A stretch of 64,000 nt of DNA from Ruditapes philippinarum (GCF_026571515.1 NW_026864289.1:124001-188000); one strand, 5' to 3'. Shown: positions 39,501 through 55,100, counted from the stretch's first letter. The notes: a model not told the origin generated them from the letters alone. Numbers and translations are program-made.

Positions 39501-42072
39501 GAAGATTTTTTATTCAACAATATCACTGCGGGTTACAGCGACGCAGGATGATTTACTAATGAGGAATTGGCAGTTAATGTTTCCATTAACAATAACTACT
39601 AAGTGGGAGTATGTGATTCCCAGAACAATTAATGTGTAAATAGTTATTGTACTAATAACCGGTAATGAAAACTTTGAGGTAAATATCACAATTTTTTTCT
39701 TACTTTTCAAAATTGACATTTATGAAATTACATTATGAAATAAACTGATGATCTTTTACACAGTTTTTCTCTATCATCTCTGGCAAGCGGATTCAACCGC
39801 AGTTCGATTCCTGCGAACCTGAACAGCAAGAACTTCCGGGCTAAGTAAAATTGTGGCCAGATTGTTCCAACTAACTAACTAACGAACGTATAGAAAGGAC
39901 ACTTTCCCTAGGTATATCCTCAAAGGGAGATAAAATGTCGACTTAAAATTAATCAACATGACGATAAAAACTGACGTAGTCATTATCCATAAAATTTAAA
40001 ATTTAGCCAGTTGCCAGTTATTATTTTCACTGAAGCCAGCGATTATCCATCTTGCTTTGGCATTACCAACAGAAAAGGAAACGATAAAAGATCAAATAGC
40101 TATATAAGTTTTTCTCCACACAATGTACCTCAGAATAGGTTAAAGTTATGTAATTCTGGGCAATGGGTCGTAAACTTCACATTCTTTGTAGATATTCGTA
40201 TAATGCATGGGCTTTCTTCAAAGTCTATAGCAGTATTATACATGTATTGCTAAATGTATGTCAATCAAAGATTTAAATTGGCTTAGTCAAAGATAAAAGA
40301 AGAATCCATATGCTATTTTCACTATAATCTAGACTTTGAACATGCTACTATCACCAGAATCTGCCATTATCATCAAATCCTGACGATCTTGACACATGCC
40401 GTGTCCTTTCTTGGCCGATTATAATATAGCAAAAAGGGGACACAAATGTACTAGGCATTTCATAAAAGAAATTCACCGAACAAAAATTCCAATAAATATC
40501 GGTGGTAATCAATTTAATATACATGTATGAGTTACATGGTTTAAGAAACTTTTCAAATATATTTTTGTAATACACAAAAATGCCACAAAGACCTAGCACA
40601 ATAACATTTCCATTAAATATTGATGGTAATTTATTGGATATTAATGGTATTTGGTTTAAGCCACATTGTCATCTATTCTTAAAGTTTGTAAAATATCACA
40701 ATTGTTTCACAGTTAATTATAAATTAACAAAATTCTAATGTTCACACTTTGGTAACAACTTTCAAAACGTGTATTACATTAGGTTTATTATGCAACATTT
40801 TGATGATGTCAAGAAAATTGTTATTTCAGCTGTTAATAGAATTTATTTCTTATATTAAATTATGCTTATCTAAATACTTTGTGATTGCCCTGAACACAGA
40901 CAGAATCACAATTTGACATTAAGATGTATTTATCATTAAGAATATTTATTATAATTATGAATACTGCTGGTAAATTAAAAAAGTTGGTTAATTTAAGTCA
41001 ACCAAAACAAACACAGAATTTATATCATTGCATAGTTATAATATAACACAAGAATTATGTGTCAAAAATTAATATCACGATAAACGTGTGCCAGAGTATA
41101 AAAATATTTATAATTAAAACAGTGGTAGTTGAGATGTTTGAATCAAAATTGAAACCAAAGTAATAATAATTTTAAACAATGATACTCAAGAAATATATCA
41201 TAAAAGCAATGAAATAAGTCTAAACAATCTGAAAATAACAAAACAGCACTTACCTTTAGATGAAATATCTGTTTTTTCTTTTGGAGCTTTTTACGGGACG
41301 AAGGCTTTATATAATACAAAGGATCATATAAATTTTATATAAAAGTAAATGTTTTGTTTTTACTTTTTACCAATTTTATTACACTAAGTATGTAAAAACA
41401 AGCTTTATCAAGTACTTGAACTATAATTATGACGTAAAACTGCATTTTAAATCACAGTTAATAAACTTATTGTGTTATAGGTAGAATGACAGACTGTCAC
41501 TGAAATAGGCCATAAAACTATTTGTTTATACTGGGATTACTTTTTATAAGAACACTTTAATATTTGTTTATACTTGGATTACTTTTTATAAGAACACTTT
41601 GAAAGTTTCTAAAAGAAAAAAAGACGACCTCCCGTTGTAATCTCCCGGTGCTTTTTCTTGGAATTACTTTAGAATTACAAGGTTTTGAAGGACCTACTTG
41701 AATTGAACAAATTATATTTAGTTGTATATTATCTTATTCGCAAACTAAATAAGGTATCCTTCATCAATACTTCAATCTTTGTAGTATCTCCTCTATGATT
41801 CAGCATGCTATATATCAAGCAAATCTGCCCAAGTCTTGTCATATACTGTATAAGAGGACCGTGGTTTGATTGAAGTGTTGTACTTTGTTTCGTTAACTTC
41901 AGTTGACAACTGTTTACTCATTGCTTTGTGTTAATTGTGTAACGTAATGTTAAGAATGAACTGTTCCCCTCATTCCAAATTGACAAAGAAAACTGACGGG
42001 ATATCCCTTTCTATACAGCTACACAGTGGCTTACACATTTTCAAATTAACATTTTCATATTATATAGAGTAT

Positions 42073-42225
42073 ATTTGTTTGTTTGTGTGTAAGATGAAAT
42101 TTTATTTCATCGAGTGGGCTTTATAAACAGTATTCTCACGAGTGGCGAAGCCACGAGTGAGAATACTGTTTTTTTAAGTTCACGAGATGAAATAAAATTA
42201 CATCTTACACAACAAACAAACAAAT
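42073..42225. mobile_element. Palindromic element with GCGAAGC centre; the element probably extends to ~43235
   Basis: atttgtttgtttgtgtgtaagatg...aaacagtattctcacGAgtggcGAAgccacGAgtgagaatactgttt...catcttacacaacaaacaaacaaat. A further inverted pair ttttattttatgctt (~42230) / aagcataaaataaa (~43223) and a palindrome at 43147-43200 suggest a larger element. Confidence 0.75.
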
Positions 42226-44874
42226 TTTCTTTTTATTTTATGCTTAAAAACAAGTTAAAACGAAATTTCCTTAATATTTACGTTATTATTAAAATCTGTT
42301 TCCCCATTTAGAGCCTCAGAAAAGTCGAATTTCTCATTAAATACAAGAAGTCATGGGCTGAGAAATAAGTTCCACAATCAACGTTATATGGTGGTGATAG
42401 TATTCATTTTATTAAAAAAATATGTCTGATCACATGTTTAAATAATAAAAACAAACAATTCTAGTAAGAGAAAAAGTCCAACCATCCATCCATATTTCTG
42501 TTACTGACGCGAATTTATATTAGACCTGGCTATGTCAAATGTAAGCGGCCGCCATTTTTAAAGTTGTGTATTTCACTGGAGGAAAATAATTGTGTTTGAT
42601 TCAGAGGGATATCATTTGAATTTGTTAGTCATACACCTTTTTAAAAAGAAAGAAAACTTATTTCAGGATTGTAACAGACAATAAATAAGTGTTGACAGAT
42701 GTGTAAACATTCAAAATAGTGGATAGGAAATTGGAAAACTTGAAGCCTTACGAACGCCTGGGGTTGTTTACATATTCTTCGACTGAAAGCTGCGGCATTG
42801 CTTTTCAAGTTTTCATAAAGCATACGTCAGTTTTTGCTCGTAGGATACTAAATATTCCACAAATGTCATCGAAGAGCAGTTTTGCAAGAGGAAGGAATGT
42901 ATTTTTCAGACTGTAAAAATGAAACAAAAAATTAAAGAGACGATATTTGGTGATTGGTTATTTGAATGAATAGAAGTAACTTACTGTAAGTTTTCTTCTT
43001 TTTATTACTTTTGACATATAAGTAATTTATCAATTTCAGCTTTGCTTTTCTTTAAACAGCATTACATTGACGGAATAGTCAGCAAAAGTAAAATTGAGGT
43101 ACCACATGGGGAAAATCTTAAAAAAGTAGTTTCGTCATTGAAAAGTGTGAAATTATATTTTGATAATTTTCACTGTGAAATTATCAAATATAATTTTCAC
43201 GGATAAATCAGTAATCCACTGAAAAGCATAAAATAAATATTTTTATTTTATGCTTTTTGGATTGGATTGATAAATAACAATAATTTCAAAACTTTATAAT
43301 GCTTTCCAAATTCCAAGCCTCTTCTCGAATGTAAAGACATCTGTTAACAATTATTTATTGTCTGTAACTATCATCGAATATGTTTTTTCTATCTTATGAA
43401 TAGATGTAAAATCAAATTCAAATGAAATCTCTTCAAATCAAACACATTTTATTCTTATCTCTCTTCTCGTGAAATACACAACTTTTACGAGGGGCATTAT
43501 TTAATAAGTGGCAAAGGTAGTGCGTTTTTTTAATAAGGCATACGTGTGACAAATAATTAGTGGAGTCCTTTAAATAATAGACCTTTACATATTTTTCGCC
43601 CTAGAATCGATTCCGAAAAGCATTTTTGAACTGTTCTTTGGTATACTGTTTATACACTGGAAGAGAGTGCTTCCGACGGCACTGCGGATTTCGAAACAGC
43701 GACCACGAAAGCAAGATATGTGTATGGATTCAACTAAAAGTCACAAGATAGGTCAGGACTATAAGCGGGATGGAGCGAAACCTCAATTCTCTGACCCTCT
43801 GATTAAGCTTGAACCAACGCCGACCGTTGATGCGCAGGTGGATTATCATTGAGTAATTTGATCCAGCGCATCAACTATTGGGCGATCGCTGTTACAATCT
43901 ACCCACATTTTGTTACTGAGCTTATTGTCGGGCTCAAAAAATAAAGCCACGTTTTCACCCCCTGTGAGAATTTCTCTCAGGCGTCTAGGGCCTCAAACTT
44001 TGAACCTAGTCAACCCTCTCCCTTCTCTGGTCATAAGCAAATGCGGGATCTAACAAGTGCACACTTTCCCAAACTTATTTATGTTTCAACAAACGCAACA
44101 CGGAAAAACATTATCCGGAGGTGACTGATTCGATTCTATATACTATACTAGCATGAATTACCTTACTGTAATAAAATTTTAATTAAAATTGATTAAGTAC
44201 AGCAAGTAAATGATAATAGTTTAAATACTTTAGGTGCAGAGTTTGTTTATATTTATATCCAAAAACTTAGAATTTGAATTATTTGCACATTCTTAAAGGG
44301 TTTTCTTCAAACATTTTGATAAAGATCATTTGCTCATATTATTATATCATTAAAATGGAGAATGCTATATTTTTATATTGGTTTTTGTTGTTGTTGTTGT
44401 TTTTTTGTCAATAATTTACTTTTACAAGGGCAGTCTGGACTTACATAAATATTAACTGATAACGAAAAGAATGTATAACATATAGAACGTAGATTTTAAA
44501 GAAGGTAAACAGACTTGTCGTCTAATGTTATCTTTAAATGAATAATGGTAATGCATTTCATAAATGTTTTGCGTATTTGTTTAATATACATGTTTGTTGA
44601 AATAACTCGTATGATTCAATAAAACTAGCAATGTGTTCCTTGAAGTTTAAGAAATTTTATGTAAAAGTGTGCCTGAATTGAAATTTAGATATATTTGCTG
44701 GAACATATAGGCAGTTTGGTTAATGAAGTGAAATAATTACGCATAAAGTAGAAGACTGATTTTGTCCTATTTAGGCGTTTGTTGCCTAACAATTTATTCA
44801 TATGGCTGTAAACATCTTGTCGTTTTTGCTCTGTTAAAATTACTTGATGCACCAGTCATTTAATAGTTCATATT

Positions 44875-45110
44875 TGGTAGGGTTTTACGTCGCATCAACA
44901 CATTTTAGATCAAATGGGGGCTTTCAAGCTTAACTGGTGGAGTAAGACCTCGCGTGCCCTTGCCCTTCCGTGCATTATTTTTGCATTATTAAACTAACGG
45001 GCAACTGAGTAGAACCACTGATGATCCGTAAGCTAGCTGAATTAGCTTTCTCAAAAAAAAACCAAAAAAAAAAACCAAAGTCCCTGTCGTGATTTTGAAC
45101 CCACAGCGGT
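44875..45110 (-). mobile_element. Degenerate tRNA-SINE copy
   Basis: Reverse complement of the SINE tail and body (ttttacgtcgcatcaacaca, tggtggagtaagacc, ccgtgcattattt, gagtagaaccac..ccgtaagctagctg, gaacccacagcggtg). Confidence 0.65.
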
Positions 45111-46734
45111 GTATGGCTCATAAAATTGTTGTGTCAATGTAAAACAAGGCTACCAGCCAAAATACACTAAAATCAATTAGTTTCTGTGTCGCTAACAGAT
45201 TTACGCGTATATTTTACTTTGGTCAAATCACCACCCATCTTTTTTTTAGACATTATTTTTTATATACTCTAAAACATACATAGTTTAATAATTTTTATGA
45301 CTGCAAAACTAGTTTTAACGTTCAAAACAATACAATTACATTATTGAAATGACCGGCATGTCAAAATAATATTACGTTTGAAGGTTTTGATATGATTGTT
45401 AAAATTTCTTTTAAGTTTATTTGATTCAAGGTGATATGTCGTGTATAACCGATACTTCTGTAAACTAAAACTTCCGTGACCAAGGGTTTAAAGACAATGT
45501 GCGGTAAATAAAAATTTATATGGCGATAAACATCAAATCGCTGGGTCTTCTAGATAAAATTCAACGTTTGTTTCTTTGATATCGACAAAATATAATTTAT
45601 ATTTCCGTTCTTGTTACTTGTTATCGGAGTGTAAAATAAAAATACACTGAAACCCACAACGGTTAGGGGCAAGCCATTACTTCAATTAAAACATTAACTA
45701 AAAGTGTTACTCTGACGCCGACATCCAGGTGTGAAAGTGAAGCTCACGATTCTTCGAAAAAGTCGATCTAAAAGGAAATAACTGCAATGTCCATTGTCAA
45801 TTTATTTCATTCCACTAAGTCTTGATTTTCAGAACAATGAAAAAATGTACTTTACAATATGTACTACATAATTTTATAGAGTTTACATACACGTATAACA
45901 GAGTTCTGAATATGATGTTTTATAGTTTAGATCACAAAAACAAAATAAAAAACAAGAGTATAAAAGTTGGCTGTCAGGTGACTCACTACCGACAAATATT
46001 TCCCTACTTATGAAATTAATATCCTTGAGGGTTTCAACTTTGAAGGTTCTGAAAACAACAGCAAGATGAAACTTGACCAACACTGTGTAAGTTTGATTCA
46101 ATTCTAATTCAAATAAGCTAGCCATTGAGCAGTCAGTGCAAATCTAAGCTATCTTGGATATTTCAGGGTAAAATGATTTCTATGTCACTTTCCTTTATGC
46201 CTTTATTCCCTAAAAAAATCATTTTATAGATTATGTGACGGAGTGTTATCTTACTCCATTATTTGACTGATGGGAAAGTGCAGTATCCCAGCAGGACATG
46301 GTTCATCATGTCCTTAGTGATTTCGGTTGCACGGATTCAGGTGTTCTAGGGCTAGAAGTCACAGATGAGGTTCTGGAAAGGAATAGCGATTTATGTGACG
46401 GTGAGAAGTCATTTTTCAATGAATATTACTCTTTCCTAAGTGAACACTTGTCTTTGAATACATCATGCTAAGGTATGTTTATTATGATGTAAGCACTAAT
46501 TATTGAAAATTAAGCAATACTCAATACTTAATATTTACAAATATGTCAAAAATAAAACAAACAGAAAATCATCTATGAATAACTTCAGCAACTGTAAATA
46601 TGTAATGTGTGTACCACCAATATCTGTTTTATTTAAGACGGTTACGTTTTATTACCAAATTTGTTTTATTCAATATAGAATAATCTCAATACTAGTTAAC
46701 AATATCAAGGACAAGTATATCAGGTAATTATATA

Positions 46735-49123
46735 GCTGCGTACAAACATGTGCATCCACTATAATTTTATCAATCAATGCAAAATATATTATGTTTCATG
46801 TATGAATTGAACAAAACTTTATCTTTTACATAAATCTATCGATTTTACTTGATTTGTCGTTATAAAGAGATATTTCAGACTTTAAAGCAGTTTAAAGTTC
46901 TGATAGGATATAACGGAGAGACATTAATACATAGTCAATAAAAATAAATAAAAACCGAATAAAGGAATAAAACTGTCAAAAAGACATCAGCTTACGAAAC
47001 AGGTATTTAAATTTTAATAGTATTGTTGATTTAAAAAACAATTTTGCAATACCAGTATTCAAATATATATCATACTAACCAATTTTGTATAATCTTTTAT
47101 TGTCTATGGAAGCGTATGTTTCATGTATGAATTGAACAAAACTTAATATTAAAACTAGAAATATGTTCATAGGACACGGACGCCCCCACCGCGCCACTGT
47201 TCTGTCAATCTTATGACTCTAGGTCAAATATTTTTTGAAAAATAAAAATCTTTTACTAAGTAAAGGGCAAATATTTACAAATACTGAATTAATCCACGAG
47301 CAAACCCCAGCGTATGCGAAAATAACAGACTCCAAACAAGATCGCTGGTTGAAATGTAAAACATCTCACTCAAGCACGCAACATTGAATATGATATGATA
47401 ATATAAGTCAATTTTTTATCAGACACGTACGATTATTTTATGATATAATTATCACTAAATTCATTCCCAAATGACATAATTTATATAGTTTCGTACAAAT
47501 CGTAAAAATGAAATCTTCACCCATTTCTGTATCAGAGCCTCAATCATTTCCTTTAGTGTCACGTTTGTATTGCCTTCGGCATGAGTCTATTCAACTATTC
47601 CACCGATGTTATTTAAACAGAAAGTTAATGTAACTTATAAGCTATGATCTTACATTAAATATATGCAATAAAACTAAGCCTAGACATTGTACTCTGGCCA
47701 TTAGAAATCAATATGTATTGCCATTTTGAACAGTTAAGGCAAACACATATGGTATTGTTGGACTGTTGTTGTAGTTTCTTCGTCATGCATATAGTTTTAT
47801 TTAAGAGTAAAAAGTGCATAAAATTGCAAACATGGAATGTTTTTCAATACCATATTTTTTTCAAATAAATATCGCAAGGTATCTATTTACCCTGCCTATT
47901 TTTCTTATATTATAACAAATTAAATTATTAAAAGCAAAACTAGAATTTAACTTCTATTGTGTTTTAGTGATCTAAAATAAAACATAAAATAAAACGTATT
48001 AAAGACCCATTATGTCCCGATATACTTTTATATTAATTTTTCAAAAGATTTTTATAACGGATTTTCCATTATAGTTTCCAACAAGTTACTCACTGGCCAA
48101 TAACTTGAATAATCTGTTCCTTCTCTTACTGTTTGGCAATTAGAACAGTTATACTGATTTAGTATTTGGTATGGAAGTAAAAATACTACTTTGTTAAAAT
48201 TTTGCTACTTTTTTACAAGTTTTTTCTCACATTCAGCACTATTTCCTTCAGGTGGTAAGAGTCAAACAAGTTGTTAATCCAAGGCATTATGTGCCTTTAA
48301 TGTTTATGTTATTTCATATCATTACAGAATTTTTACAAAACTCAAAACTTAATGTTTACAAATACATGCATGTCAAAAATTAAAAAAAAAATATCTGTGG
48401 ATTACTGTCAGTTGTAGCTATAAAGAATGATTGAAAAAATAACAATAGCATCGACAAGTATACCGGGTAATCATGTAGCTACGTACAATTATGTGCACCC
48501 ACCATTGTATTAGTCAATGCAAAATATATCATGCTTTATGTTTGTATTTGAACAAAATTTTATCTATAATATAAACACATCGGTTTGTTCTTTATTTGTA
48601 ATTATAGTGAGAGATTTACATACTTTAGAGTACATGTAGTTTAAAGTTCTGATAGGATATAACGAAAAGAGATTGATTAATACATAGTCAATAATAATAA
48701 TAAATGAAAACAGAATAAAGTAATAAAACTACCAAAAAGTCAGCAAACGAAATATGAACAGGTATTTAACTTTTAATAGTATTGATGATTTAAAAAACAA
48801 GCTTTGTAATACCGGTATTCTTATAGATATCATACTTATAAATGTTGCATAACCTTTTATTGCTAATGGAAGCGTATGCAAAAGTAGGTAAAAGACACCA
48901 AATAAGATATCTGGTTGAAATGTAAAGCATCTCACTCAAGAACGCAACATTGAATATGATATGATACTATAAGTCAATTTCGATTATTTTATGATAATAA
49001 TTACCACTTAATTCATTTTAAAATTACAATATTAATACTTTCTTCAGGTAGTAAGAATATAACAAGTTCTTAAACCAATGCATCATTTGCCCTTAATGTT
49101 TATGTTATTTCCTATAATTACAG
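46735..49123 (+). repeat. Local tandem duplication of the ~650-bp segment preceding the first coding exon of SAMHD1-B
   Basis: 46735-47480 aligns to 48478-49020 (e.g. gtttaaagttctgataggatataacg; tggttgaaatgtaaa.catctcactcaag.acgcaacattgaatatgatatgata), and 48245-48327 aligns to 49041-49123. The first copy is interrupted by insertions. Confidence 0.85.
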
Positions 49124-49131
49124 ATAAAACT

Positions 49132-52100
49132 ATGGCAGATGAAGGAGGTGAAACAGGTTCGTCCAATGGTGAACAGCAACATCAAACTGATTCGGCAAAT
49201 AACATATTCATGAAGAGAAAGGTACATTAGCGATTGGATAACTTGCACAAAAATATTGCTGAAGGTGTCGCAATTATTTTTCATTTATACAATGCGCTGT
49301 ATATAGAATGCTGGAAATGTGAACAAGTCTTTGGGGGCGGCGTAAGGGGTGTTGAATTTTGTCATTAAACATTATGTACAGACTCAATCGAACAGAGTCT
49401 TCAATTTTCATGTAATTTTGCTGATAAACTTCCGAGCGATTACTTTTTTTTCCAGATATTTATTTTGATGCAAAGTAGCCGCACATGTTTTTATAATAAA
49501 CTTCTAACTGAAGGAAAGAAATTTAACAATCTAATCCAACAAGCATGCGTAAATATTATTTCAGACAATCTTTAAATTAGTACCAATGAACACTTCTGTA
49601 ATGGTTTTCGTCCAAAAAGATCGATTCATATGTTACTTTCTCAGTGGATGTGTAATGTATGTCTTAACGTTTGCTGGTGCTATTTAAAGCCCCACAAATT
49701 TCACGCTGTGTCGATTCAATTAAATACTGGAAGGTGTTTTATAAATCCTAGTGTATGATTGCTGGGAGAAAATATATGCTATCTTATTGATATAATGCTC
49801 ATTTATAAGCGAATTTCTTATGGTTTTCTATTCATATTCGTAAATAAGGTAATTTTAAATATCTTAAGTGATAGGCACACCATCAATTACTTTCGGTTCC
49901 TTTTTCTTTAATGCTTGATAAGGTCTACAACTAGTGTCTACGAATTTTCGGAGAAAATATTAATTCACCAATTTTCTGTGCGTACTCTATTTATAACGGT
50001 AAACATATTAGCAACCTGAATGCATTTTTTGTTTTCAAGTCAATGGCAATAAGTCAATGCCAGCCAATTCCCAAACATTAGTTTAGAAGATGCAATTTAT
50101 AGTTTATTCAAAAATAATAAAAAGGATTGCTGTTCCTAAAGCGGTTACGCAAAATTTTGACAAAAATTAGATCAGATACAATAAAAGGATGCAAACTTAT
50201 TTTTCTTTCGCTAGATATTCAACGATCCAATTCATGGGACAATGGAAATACACCCTGTTTGCGTCCGCATAATGGATACGCCTCAGTTTCAGCGGCTGAG
50301 ACACATCAAACAGCTAGACGCATGCTACATGGTATATCCTGGAGCAAGTCATAATAGGTTTGAACACTCTATAGGGTAAGTATATTTTCGGAAGGATTTT
50401 TAGACTGATACATACATGTATAATGTTAAATATAATCGTTTACCAGTGAACGTAATCACAAAATAATACCACTTTTGAAAATAAAATTAATAAAAGTCAA
50501 AAGAACCTTTAGATGTTAAGTCTTATCCTGTACATTCAATGACAGTCTTCACAGCCCGCATATATATTACAATTATTTTGATTGTTTAAAGTATGAAGAA
50601 GCACGTGATCTGTAAAAACCGTACATGATTGGTAAATCAAAGTTGTATAGTAATTTTATTGATAAAAACATGGTAGTTTCAAATTGGTATATTAAGGGAG
50701 TCACATATAGATGATAGAGACTACCTTCGGCTATTGATCGATTATTGTAAACTATATTCTTAATATAGATGTTTTAGAACAATTTTGAAATAAAATAAAT
50801 AAATGGAACTGTGTTGAATAAAAAGTTAAAATAAAATAAAAGACAAATTTGAAATTGCGTGCAATTCTGGATTACCTGCCTTTTGTATACAAAATGATCC
50901 CCACATACATGAATTATATATCTGTTTAAATTATCAAAGCTTTTCTCCACATGAAACCTTTTAAACATGTTATAATGTTTAACAAGTAAAGAAATTAAAA
51001 TACCTCGTTAAAAATTTGAAGTATATAAAATATTCCATTAATTTCTATAACTATGGATAAAATCGTGTTTCAGGGTAAGTTATCTGGCAGGGAAACTTTT
51101 AAAAACTATCAAAGAACAGCAACCAGAAGAAAACATTTCAGAGAGGGACATTCTGTGTGTGGAAATAGCAGGACTTTGTCATGATCTAGGTAGGTCTTCT
51201 TTTCGTTTATACGTTGTAAATAAGCTTTTGTAACATCAAAGTATACTTTAAATTGCCCTTCTCTCATTTGATACTACAAAAACGAGCGAATATTCTCCAG
51301 GTTTTTTTACTGTTTTGTTGTTTGTTTTTTTACTTCTGTTTAACAACTTGAATAGGACACTATTGACAATCATTGTGATGTGAAATGACTGTGCTATATA
51401 AGTGAACCTTTCCAAAGTCATTATCGTAATAGGTCGTTAATATAACTTTTCAATATAGCTTTATACTGTTGCTCATTTAAACATTTTGAATTTATATAAG
51501 ATTAAGCAAGAAATGCAAGTATTCCATGTATTTCCTTAATATACTGTTTTATTTGCATACAGGCCAAGGACCGTTCTCGCATGTATTTGAAAAAAGGTTT
51601 ATGCCTTCGGTAGAAAAGGAGTTTAAGGTAATAAACTGTTGTAAAGATGGATTCCACTTACAACAGCTTACATAATCATTACATAATGTTGTATAATATT
51701 ACTTAAAAAGTATAACATGTATAATTTTAAAGAATATTTTTAAGAAATATTAAAGACTTTAACTTAGATTTAAGTTTATTTTAAAGTTTAATTATAATAA
51801 ACATGTATTGTTTCATAGACACTTTATTCTTATTATTTATTAGTTTAATGTTAATTATAGTTTGTAGAACTTATTGATACATTCTTTAACAGTAACTTAG
51901 CATGGCCTAAGACTCTTTACATAAAATATACATAGAATGTTTCTACTTTTACTTATACTGGACTTTAAACTTAGTAAAATACATATTGTTAATTTAGCAT
52001 TTGCATAATTTATATATGTTTGTAAATATGTTTAGTTGATTATAGTTACTAGTATTATTGTTACAAATATTTTGCAAAATTTTATTATTTTTATAATTAT

Positions 52101-55100
52101 GGTTAATTGATACTGTTGCAAAATTTTCCATGAATCATTATTTATTTTTAGAATAGTTATGTAAAGCCCCAATAAGCTCTGATTGGCTAAAATTCATTGA
52201 CCAATCAGAGCAGGTCTGCATTTTACTGGTTCCACACAAAGTTCTGGTTCCCAGTAGTGTGCATAAATATAGGCACTTTACACAAATTTGTCATTAGAGG
52301 GCCTCCGGGGCCGAGTGGTTAAGGTCGCTGACTTGAGATCACTGGTCCCTCACCGCTGTAGGTTCGATCTTCACTTGGGTCGAAATCTTTCATGTGAGGA
52401 ACCATCCAGCTGGCTTACGGAAGGTCGGTGGTTCTACCCGGGTGCCCGCTCGTGTCTGAAATAATGCCCGGAGGGGCAACTGGGGTCTTTCCACCAAAAT
52501 AAGCTGGGAAAAAATCGACGAAAAAATCTCGGCGGGACACTCTAGGATGGTCCGACTTGAGTGTACGGTCGCCCATATGGATTTTCCGGCGGCTACCTTA
52601 ATAAAACGCATTAAAAATAATAATTATAATAAAAATTGACATTCTGCTGCTATTTTTTTGGAAATGTAACATCTCTTAAAGCTCTCTAAGGTTAATTAAT
52701 TAATTATTTAATTTATTTTAGGCACTTTGGCATTTAAATAAATCTTAAAAATTATCTAAATTCTCTAAAATATTTTAATTAATTTGTAAGTAATTTTTGT
52801 AAGTTCTTTTCACAAAATTAATTAAAATTAATTAATATCTTTTCTTTGTTTAAGTGGCAGCCATCTGAAATTATTAAATCTTTATTTTTGTTAATACATA
52901 TTAAAACAAGGCTTGCTACTATTCAACAGCACAAAATCATTACGGTTACTTTTCATATTTCATTTATAACAGTTTAAACAACTTTCAACTGGTTTAAATC
53001 TTTTATTTACTAGTTAATTTTAATCATCATATTTTTGGTTAATTACAAACAGTTCATATTAAAGTACATTTTTTCAACTTGTTTTGTTTTAAGTAACTTT
53101 TAGTTAAGTGTAAATAAAAACTAAGTTCATTAAAAATTTGGTTAATTTAAATTTATTCAAATTTGTGTTTTATTTCCCTTTGCATTCAAAGGGTGGTGTC
53201 ATACTAACAATTAAATTTATCCCATTAAAAAGTACTCCTAAGCAAACTAAAAACATTAGGTAATAAGTAACTAATTCTATTTATAAAAAAACATAAGGCT
53301 TTTAATTTTCAACACCACAACAATGGTGCCAAGTGGGATAAATGCCTGCTTCCATTTTTAGAAACACTTATTAACAATATTTTTAATCACCACAACAAAA
53401 CCATAATCATATCTGATATGCTCATTATTGTTATGTGGAAGAATACTGTTTTCTTCAATAGCTACTATTTGATGTGTGTTTTAATTGCTATATTTTCGTA
53501 ATATTATTTTAATTTAAGCATTTGGTCTTAAAAATTAAAAAGTCATGAATGTAAATAATTATCATAATACGAGATAAAATCCCCAAAATATCCCCAAGCA
53601 TCAAGTAACAAACAGAAAAAAAATATGTTCCATTTAACAGCATCAAGCCATGGCAAGAAAAATGTTTGATGATATGTTGGAGAGTACCGTACTTAAAGAG
53701 GATATTCAGAGGATTTTAGGAGAATGTAACATACAAGGCTTAAGAGAGTTCACAGAAGATGATTTTACATTTATCAAAGAAATGATCGATGTACCCAGAC
53801 AATTGGAGCAACAAGGCGTATATAAATTCTGTTCTTTGAAATTCATGCTTATTCCTGTTAAGATCTATTGAACAAAAACACCATGAAGATGCTTGAATAT
53901 TTCGGTTAAATATATGAAACGCATCTTAAATTTGTATTTGTACTCGTCTCTATGTTTGCAAATAAAGTTCTTATTTAGAAAATATCTGAGAATGAGTACT
54001 ATTTTTATTGTGGTTTCATGGAACTCTTTCACGATTGTGTGAATAATATATAATCTTATGTTGCATAATGATTTATAACAGCTTCAAAATTAATAACATA
54101 TGTCAGCTTTTGCTGTTCATGTTATTTTAAAGAAAATATGTTTCAGTCGTGGCCATACAAGGGTAGAGAGGAAAACAAAAGCTATATGTATGAGGTAATG
54201 TATATCTTTTCATATATATGGGATGATATGTGATTTTAATATTTTGTTATTGTTAATGTTACTGGCGGACACATAGTTATGCAATAGCTATAAACAATCA
54301 ATGTCTAAACCCTAAGACCAAATCAAATGATTCAGAATATATAAAGTTTTGTATTTTATCAGAACCAATGGTTATCGACCACAAATAGAATAAGCATCTA
54401 AAGTATTGTCCCCATAGTAAAATCCAAATGGATATGTCATTACATTGAAATTTATTTGTAAAAAAGACTCGGATTGTCAGGGAATTGAAATATAAATGGG
54501 GGAAATGTAACAGCCGATTTACTATAGAAAATGATTATATTTCACAATATCTATATTTGTATTTTTGCATCATTTTAAATGACTTATTAAAGGAAGACCA
54601 TTAATAAAAAGCAGAAATGAAATTGTTTTGAATTATTAGATTGTAGCTAACGGAAGAAACGGAATTGATGTAGATAGGTGGGACTATCTAGCACGTGATA
54701 GCTACATGTTGGGACTAAAGATAAATTTCGACTACAATAGATGTTTCGCTACTGCACGGGTTTTGAAATGCGACGGTTTAGAGAGGAAACAAATATGTTA
54801 CAGGGAAAAGGTGATAATTTTGTTTTGTTTGTACTTAATTAGCGCAAAAACAGCAACTGATGATAAGTCCTTAGATTCAATCGCCTAAACTTATGATAAA
54901 TGAAAAATAAGAAAAAGATTTGTTAAAGGAAAAGGGTTAATATTGTGTGATTGCATTGTAAGCCGAGATAAATTGAATTGATAAGTAAATAAATATATAC
55001 TCTCTAAAATTTGTTATGTTTAACACTAATAAGATCACAGTGATACAGATTACTTATAGATTTCGCGAGTGTAGAACAAAAGTCTTCTGATACACATACA

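Noticed and set aside
30300-49100. IRF/ISRE- or NF-kB-like words (e.g. gaaagtgaa ~45733, gggattactt ~41533) and candidate non-coding exon donors (~41252 minus, ~42986 and ~46473 plus) as a shared bidirectional promoter
   Set aside because: Such short words are expected by chance in AT-rich DNA, and transcription starts cannot be placed without transcript data.
52297-52385. Possible tRNA gene
   Set aside because: It continues into a repeated SINE body found several times in the window and has no clean acceptor stem or terminator.
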